From IMG/VR virus record IMGVR_UViG_2675903481_000013: a stretch of DNA of 4,403 nt; one strand, 5' to 3'. This document shows positions 1-4,403 of the stretch, in pieces. The translations under genes and the position numbers were made by a program. The stretch's first letter is position 1; the number at the start of each line of letters is the position of its first letter. The DNA comes from a virus. Lineage: Duplodnaviria > Heunggongvirae > Uroviricota > Caudoviricetes. The notes below the pieces were generated by a model that had not been told where the DNA came from, did not search any database, and worked only from the letters and a program-made list of their open reading frames with translations.

Positions 1-649
1 GTGCCGTGTTCGGGTAGCACTGTTTCACATCGATGATTTCGGTGTATGACGACCAGAGCGTTTTGTTCTGCAGCTGGTCTGTGGTGCTGTCCGGTGTCAT
101 CCTGCGCATCCGGATATTGAACGGGCGCGGAGGCAGATTATCCACCACCACCGAGGCCAGATACTGCGAGGTGGTTTTGCCCTTAATGGTGATGTCTTTT
201 TCCGTCACCCAGCCACCGTTACGTTGTATCTGAACCAGCAGGCGAACTTCCGACGGATTCCGGTCCCCCTTTGAAGTGGTTTCCACCAGAGCCTGCACAC
301 CGAAGGTAAAGCGCAGACGGTCGATGTTTGCAGACGTGATGGTCCGGGTGATCGGCGTGTCATATTTCACTTCCGTACCCAGCACCGTCTCGGATCCGGA
401 GGATTCAAAACCCTCCGGCGGTGTCTGCTCCTGCTCACCTGCCCGGAACACCACCGTGACACCGGCGATGTTGGTATTCCCTTCACTGTCCAGCACCGGC
501 GTACTGTTCAGCAGCACGCTTTTTAATCCATCCACCGGACCTTCTATCGGTCCTTCGCTGATGGCATCGATCACACTCAGTAACTGCGTGGATTTCAGGT
601 TGTCCTTCGCTTCGCGCGGGGTATGCCCCTTACTGCTGCCTTTACCCAT
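1..649 (-). CDS. J: Tail tip / central tail fiber protein J, N-terminal part only (5' partial in window; gene continues beyond position 1)
   Basis: Hand translation of the minus strand from ATG at 649..647 gives MGKGSSKGHTPREAKDNLKSTQLLSVIDAISEGPIEG..., matching the N-terminus of lambda gpJ as I recall it. GGAG lies 8 nt upstream of the ATG (minus strand, plus coordinates ~658..661). No complete minus-strand ORF is listed in 1..700 by the track, consistent with an open frame running off the window edge. Gene order after I agrees with lambda. Confidence 0.9.
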   Translation of the reverse strand, partial: MGKGSSKGHTPREAKDNLKSTQLLSVIDAISEGPIEGPVDGLKSVLLNSTPVLDSEGNTNIAGVTVVFRAGEQEQTPPEGFESSGSETVLGTEVKYDTPITRTITSANIDRLRFTFGVQALVETTSKGDRNPSEVRLLVQIQRNGGWVTEKDITIKGKTTSQYLASVVVDNLPPRPFNIRMRRMTPDSTTDQLQNKTLWSSYTEIIDVKQCYPNTA

Positions 650-671
650 TCGTCATGCTCCATAAACGACA

Positions 672-691
672 AAACCGCCCGCAGGCGGTTT
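672..691 (-). terminator. Candidate GC-rich stem-loop in the I-J intergenic spacer (8 bp stem, 4 nt loop); possible RNA stability or attenuation element, function unproven
   Basis: Plus strand 672..691 is aaaccgcc-cgca-ggcggttt, a perfect 8 bp inverted repeat. On the transcribed (minus) strand it is followed by TTTTGTCGTTTAT, then the J RBS and ATG. It lies between the I stop (710..712) and J start (649). Confidence 0.2.
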
Positions 692-709
692 CACATAAAA
701 CATTTTGCA

Positions 710-1357
710 TCAGCGACCAATCACCACAACCTGACCACCATCCCCTTCGTCTGCCGTGCTGATCTCCTGAGAAACCACCCGCGACCCCACACGCATTTCA
801 CCGTACAGAACAGGCAGAACATTGCCCTGAGCAACCATGTTATCCAGTGAGGAAAAATAGGTGTTCTGTTTGCCGTTATCTGTACTGGCTGCCGTGGACG
901 TCCTGGCTTTCGGTGCCAGCATCTGCGCCACACCGCCCAGGATCATACTGGCCCCTGCCGCATACATGCCCGATACAGCCGCGGCACCCAGCCAGCCCAC
1001 AGGGTTCCACCATGCCACCGCAATCAACGCCGCCCCCAGCACCACCTGAAATACACCGCCACTTTTAGCTCCCGCCAGACGCGGCACGATATGGATCACG
1101 GCACCATTTGCCAGCGGCTCATTAAGACGGGCAGATAATTCGGTTTCACCTGCATCACGCCCGGCAATGCGCACCTGATACCAGCCGTCATTCAGTTTCT
1201 GACGAAACGCCGGGAGCTGTGTGGCCAGCGCCCGGATGGCTTCGGCCCCCGTTTTCACACGAAGGTCGATGCGGCGACCAAATCGTTGCAAATCCCCGTA
1301 AAGGCAGATGCGTGCCATGCCCGGTGACGCCAGAGGGAGTGTGTGCGTCGCTGCCAT
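710..1357 (-). CDS. I: Tail tip assembly protein I (N-terminal ubiquitin-like beta-grasp domain ending in Gly-Gly, followed by a hydrophobic Gly/Ala-rich segment and a conserved C-terminus)
   Basis: ORF of 215 aa, MAATHTLPLASPGMARICLYGDLQRFGRRIDLRVKTGAEAIRALATQLPAFRQKL...GEMRVGSRVVSQEISTADEGDGGQVVVIGR. Both termini match lambda gpI as recalled (about 223 aa) while the middle is divergent. GAGG lies about 11 nt upstream of the ATG at 1357. An alternative internal start exists at Met14 (1318). Confidence 0.88.
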   Translation of the reverse strand: MAATHTLPLASPGMARICLYGDLQRFGRRIDLRVKTGAEAIRALATQLPAFRQKLNDGWYQVRIAGRDAGETELSARLNEPLANGAVIHIVPRLAGAKSGGVFQVVLGAALIAVAWWNPVGWLGAAAVSGMYAAGASMILGGVAQMLAPKARTSTAASTDNGKQNTYFSSLDNMVAQGNVLPVLYGEMRVGSRVVSQEISTADEGDGGQVVVIGR

Positions 1358-1998
1358 TTGTCGGTATACCTCTCTCGTTTGCTCAGTTGTTCAGGAATAT
1401 GGTGCAGCAGCTCGCCGTCACCACAGTAAATGGCGGCATGATTCGGCACCGATGAACCAAAACAGCACAGCAGCACATCGCCCGGCTGCGCCGCTGACAA
1501 CGGCACCTGATACAGCCCTGTGGCCTCCAGATTATCCAGATAGAGATTCTGACCGTGACGCCACCAGTCATCCCCGCGATGAAAATCCGGCATCTCAATC
1601 CCCGCCAGATGATAAGCATCCCGGAACAGCGTGTAACAGTCCGTCACCCCGTGCTCAAAGCGCCGCCCGGTAAGATGCGGCACACAGCGGAATTTATGAA
1701 TCTCACCCCGGCAGACCAGCCACCACAGCAAATCACTCTGCACCTGCAGCCGCCGGTCGGCCTCACTCAGCCAGGGCAGACCACCGGGGTGGCTGTGGAC
1801 CAGCGCCACAATCTCACCCTGCATCTCTGCCCGCAGCCAGTCCTCCGGCGACATCCGGAAATACGCCTCCGGCTCACCGGAGATATTCACGCAGGGAAAA
1901 TATCTTTCCCCCTCCGGCGTTCTCACCACGAAGCCGCACGACTCCGCTGGCGCACATCGCCGGGCGTGCGCCAGAATCGCTGATTCTGTCTGTGTCAT
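1255..1998 (-). CDS. K: Tail tip assembly protein K: N-terminal JAB/MPN (JAMM) metalloprotease-like domain plus C-terminal NlpC/P60 (C40) cysteine peptidase-like domain
   Basis: Translation from ATG at 1998 gives MTQTESAILAHARRCAPAESCGFVV... (247 aa), matching lambda gpK as recalled. JAMM motif HSHPGG(x5)SEAD verified at 1756..1797; NlpC/P60-type Cys in GVTDCYTLF at 1636..1638. Start is 4 nt downstream of the L stop, which fits the operon spacing; the track ORF extends 25 codons further upstream (to 2073) but that would overlap L. An in-frame alternative start at Met49 (1854) would give a 199 aa product. Confidence 0.85.
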   Translation of the reverse strand: MTQTESAILAHARRCAPAESCGFVVRTPEGERYFPCVNISGEPEAYFRMSPEDWLRAEMQGEIVALVHSHPGGLPWLSEADRRLQVQSDLLWWLVCRGEIHKFRCVPHLTGRRFEHGVTDCYTLFRDAYHLAGIEMPDFHRGDDWWRHGQNLYLDNLEATGLYQVPLSAAQPGDVLLCCFGSSVPNHAAIYCGDGELLHHIPEQLSKRERYTDKWQRRTHSLWRHRAWHASAFTGICNDLVAASTFV

Positions 1999-2002
1999 GG
2001 GA

Positions 2003-2701
2003 TTACTGCGAAAGTTTGTTAATGGAAAGGAAGCCGCCAAAGTTGCCGACGTTATTGCGAAACTTACAACCACTCAGGCATTTGCTGCATTTATCCTTCG
2101 TGATATCGGACGTCGGCTGGTCATATTCATCCGCGACAGCCGGACCGTGATAACCGCACTCATCACCGCGATAGGTCCAGGTGCAGGTATTAGCCAGCAT
2201 GATGCGCCCCGGAAAAACAGCACCGTCCGTTTCCGTCGGCGTGGACAGTACAAAAGAGGCACTGACCGCGCTCAGTTCGCTGCACTGCTCGATGCGCCAG
2301 CGGCTGATCACCTCCTGCTCCGGATCGGCGTCACTGTTTCCGTTGACGAAGTTCACCGCATCCAGAAAACGGGCGTAAACCTTACGCCTGACCACCGTTC
2401 CGCCGACCAGACTCTGCAGGTCTTCCGCCATCCCGGTGACCATTCCGTGCAGGTTAGAAACCGTCAGTGTCGGACGGGCAGCACTGCCCTTGCCGTTCAG
2501 TTCAAATCCCGTCCCCTGAATGGGGTATGCCTGATACTGCCGCCCCTGCCAGGTAACCGGCTCACCTTTTTCGTTCTGCTCATTACAGAAAAAATAACGT
2601 TCACCACCGACCTCTGTCAGATCGATTTCCCAGAGCACCGCCTGGGCTGACTGAGTGAGGCGTGTCGTCTCATGATGTGTTTCCTGTGGAATATCCTGCA
2701 T
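2003..2701 (-). CDS. L: Tail tip assembly protein L (C-terminal Cys cluster consistent with the [4Fe-4S]-binding domain described for lambda gpL)
   Basis: ORF of 232 aa, MQDIPQETHHETTRLTQSAQAVLWEIDLTEVGGERYFFCNEQNEKGEPVTWQGRQYQ...CSKCLSGCKFRNNVGNFGGFLSINKLSQ, near-identical in length and sequence to lambda gpL as recalled. A strong Shine-Dalgarno AGGAGG (plus 2707..2712) lies 5 nt upstream of the ATG. Confidence 0.93.
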   Translation of the reverse strand: MQDIPQETHHETTRLTQSAQAVLWEIDLTEVGGERYFFCNEQNEKGEPVTWQGRQYQAYPIQGTGFELNGKGSAARPTLTVSNLHGMVTGMAEDLQSLVGGTVVRRKVYARFLDAVNFVNGNSDADPEQEVISRWRIEQCSELSAVSASFVLSTPTETDGAVFPGRIMLANTCTWTYRGDECGYHGPAVADEYDQPTSDITKDKCSKCLSGCKFRNNVGNFGGFLSINKLSQ

Positions 2702-2706
2702 CAGAG

Positions 2707-2712
2707 CCTCCT
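2707..2712 (-). promoter_or_regulatory. Shine-Dalgarno (AGGAGG) for L, overlapping the M stop codon
   Basis: Minus strand reads TAGGAGGCTCTGATG: the M stop TAG (2711..2713) overlaps the first bases of AGGAGG, with 5 nt spacing to the L ATG (2701..2699). Confidence 0.7.
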
Positions 2713-3040
2713 ATGCCACGACCTGTTCAAAATCTGCCGTTATGGTTACCCACAACGCCCCCACGCTTGCCGACCATTTACGACAAACCACCCTGATCGG
2801 CTTCCAGTCATAAGGTGGCGTCCACTGAAATGCGCGGACGCCACCGTGCCGTTCCAGAAAGGATTTTAAAGATGGGTGTTCACATTTACGAACACGTATC
2901 GTCACGCTGTAAGTCGACAACTGGTTATTCAGTCCCGCCGCACGACGCTGTTCATAACCATCGCCCAGCTTCACTGTCACCACTTTCGGCTCTGATACCA
3001 CATTCATATCCGGGCGCACTTTCCAGTGAAACGTCTCCAT
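2711..3040 (-). CDS. M: Tail tip assembly / minor tail protein M
   Basis: ORF of 109 aa, METFHWKVRPDMNVVSEPKVVTVKLGDGYEQRRAAGLNNQLSTYSVTIRV...WTPPYDWKPIRVVCRKWSASVGALWVTITADFEQVVA, same length as lambda gpM and clearly similar to it as recalled (GDGY, TYSV, WTPPY, EFEQVV blocks). The ATG at 3040..3038 overlaps the H stop by 1 nt (TAATG). GGAG lies about 10 nt upstream. Confidence 0.93.
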   Translation of the reverse strand: METFHWKVRPDMNVVSEPKVVTVKLGDGYEQRRAAGLNNQLSTYSVTIRVRKCEHPSLKSFLERHGGVRAFQWTPPYDWKPIRVVCRKWSASVGALWVTITADFEQVVA

Positions 3041-4403
3041 TACCGATATGCTCCACTTAACCGACCACCATCACGGGCCTGCTGTTGCATAAAGTCCGCT
3101 GCCGCTTTTTTCCCAAGGTCATAAACCACCTTCAGGGCAGCAGGACCTATCTGCCCGTTCGTGCCATCGTTATTGATCTCGATGTTGTACTGCGGGGCAA
3201 ACATCGCCATACCTGAACCACCAATATCCGCCACAACCCCCAGCTTACCGTCAGCACCACGACGCAGTGGCAGAATGGCTTCAGGTCCAGCTTCCCCCAT
3301 CACACCCGCGCCTTTTGCAAAAGCAAAAAACGTCGGACGGTTAACCACCGTGCCACTGTAGCGACTCAAATCAGCCGACTGATAAACACCGCCATCAGCA
3401 TTGGCTACAAAATCAAAAGGCAGCGCGGAAGCAATGCCTTTTACCGCTNNNNNNNNNNATTCTCAGTGACATTCTGGAGTGCACGCAGGACTCCGTTTTT
3501 CCAATTACCCTGAGCAATTTCAAGCCGTTGCCAGTAACGGCGATTCTCATTCAGTTGTCGGTTCAGACTCTCCGTCAGCGCCTGCTCGGCCTTTCTGTAG
3601 TCATCCGTGTTATATGTCCCTTTCTGCTCACTATCCCGCCTCAACTGCTCCAGCTGTTGCTGGTATTTCTGGCGAAGACTCAGTTGTACCTGATATCGCT
3701 GCCGCTGCTGATCACCCATACCCACCGTGGCGATATCCAGGTCATGTTGCTGACGCTGAGCGCGCTCTTCTTCAGCCAGTTGACTGGTCAGCTGAATTGT
3801 TTTTTTCTTCAGATCGTTGAGTGCCGTCTGTTTCTGAAGCTCCTGCTGTTTTACATCCAGCAGCGTCAGTGCCTGAATCAGTTCATCTTTACGGGCCAGC
3901 ACACTCTTTTCATCTGCCGTCAGTTTTTTCCCGTCCAGATCGCTGATGCGCTGCTGCAGAGCCAGAAGCTGTTTATGCGCTTCTGTCATCTTTTCAGTGG
4001 CAATGCCTGCTGACTGTCTTGCAGCAGCAATCTGTCCTTCCACCTGTGCCTGTTGCTGACTGTACTGCAGCAATAACCGGGTGGCCTCATCATTACGGGT
4101 TTCGCGTGTTTTTTTCTTACCGGATGCCAGGGCTTTCTCGTAACGTTCATTTTCACGTTGTATCGCCGCATCCCTGACAGCCTGATCGGCGTACTGCATG
4201 GCATTAATACGCGCAATTTCACGCTGATGTCGTGCAGCTTCCGTTTCATTCATCCGGTTCAGTGCAGCATTTTCAGCATTACGGCGTTTCTGTTGCTCCT
4301 GATAATTCCGCTCTGCCTGCTCTTTTGCATCCTGCAAATCCTTCTGGCGTTTTTTCTCCTGAAGATCGTTAAGACGCTGCTGATCGTATTCAACCTGAGA
4401 AGA
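3040..4403 (-). CDS. H: Tail tape measure protein H, 3' portion (5' end beyond window; interrupted by an assembly gap at 3449..3458 with a frame change across the gap)
   Basis: Two open minus-strand segments. 3459..4403 is open to the window edge and encodes a Q/E/K/R-rich coiled-coil segment (...LTADEKSVLARKDELIQAL...RLEIAQGNWKNGVLRALQNVTEN) resembling the central region of lambda gpH as recalled. 3040..3448 is open from the gap to the stop and encodes ...YNIEINNDGTNGQIGPAALKVVYDLGKKAAADFMQQQARDGGRLSGAYR*, matching the lambda gpH C-terminus as recalled. The two segments are in different frames (plus-coordinate codon phase 0 vs 1), so the N run does not preserve true length. The 3369 and 4337 ORF starts in the track are in-frame TTG codons, not real starts. 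Confidence 0.85.
3449..3458. other. Assembly gap (run of 10 N) inside the tape-measure gene
   Basis: Ten consecutive n characters; the flanking coding frames differ, indicating a placeholder gap of unknown true length. Confidence 0.98.

Noticed and set aside
276-665. Plus-strand ORF of 129 aa (and the 33..233 ORF) at the left end
   Set aside because: Lies entirely antisense to the J coding region, which is confidently identified from its N-terminus. Low-complexity S/T/P-rich translation, no RBS context. Typical shadow ORF.
721-933. Minus-strand ORF of 70 aa and plus-strand ORFs 847..1068, 861..1049, 623..850 inside I
   Set aside because: Alternative-frame or antisense ORFs within the I gene, whose termini match lambda gpI; no independent support.
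1555-1983. Plus-strand ORFs antisense to K (1555..1983, 1308..1673) and the minus-strand ORF 1383..1619 in an alternative frame
   Set aside because: All overlap the K coding sequence, whose frame is supported by the JAMM and NlpC/P60 motifs. Translations are Arg/Pro/Cys-rich low-complexity sequences typical of off-frame reads.
1999-2073. Longer K start at 2073 (track ORF of 272 aa)
   Set aside because: It would make K overlap the last 71 nt of L and adds 25 residues not present in lambda gpK as recalled. The ATG at 1998, 4 nt after the L stop, fits the operon spacing.
1997-2650. Plus-strand ORF of 217 aa
   Set aside because: Exactly antisense to the highly conserved L gene; an open antisense frame in GC-rich coding DNA is expected by chance. 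No recognisable motifs.
3367-3369. Apparent ORF starts at 3369 and at 4337 suggesting separate genes of 109 and 298 aa
   Set aside because: Both are in-frame TTG (Leu) codons inside the continuous tape-measure frame. The frame is open upstream of each (to the N gap and to the window edge respectively), so these are ORF-finder artefacts, not gene starts.
3528-4013. Plus-strand ORFs antisense to the tape-measure gene (3528..4013, 3479..3820) and minus-strand 3986..4249 in another frame
   Set aside because: The H frame is open throughout and encodes a coherent coiled-coil protein; the antisense frames are Leu/Phe/Gln-rich mirror images of the Q/E/K codon bias.
1-4403. Possibility of a novel defence or accessory system, CRISPR array, tRNA, or cargo insertion in this window
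   Set aside because: Essentially every base is accounted for by six syntenic lambda-type tail genes with overlapping junctions. There are no direct repeat arrays, no tRNA-like structures, and no spacer large enough for an inserted gene. The only non-coding stretch is the roughly 60 nt I-J spacer.

Overview
This window is the tail-tip assembly module of a lambda-like (lambdoid) siphovirus or prophage, almost certainly from an enterobacterial host, and I see no novel system in it. All genes are on the minus strand, tightly packed in the canonical order H, M, L, K, I, J. The tape-measure gene H runs off the right edge and is interrupted by a 10-N assembly gap; M, L, K and I are complete; J starts at 649 and runs off the left edge. 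Protein identities were recognised by recalling lambda gpM, gpL, gpK, gpI, gpJ and the gpH C-terminus from memory, not by a database search. Junctions are compact: H stop and M start share a base, the M stop sits inside the L ribosome-binding site, K starts 4 nt after L, and I starts 103 nt inside the end of K. The points worth a second look are the frame-breaking gap in H, the K/I pair (a ubiquitin-like domain ending in Gly-Gly beside a JAB/MPN plus NlpC/P60 protein), the Cys cluster in L, a hairpin in the I-J spacer, and mosaic divergence in H and I. Plus-strand ORFs in the track are antisense shadows of these genes.
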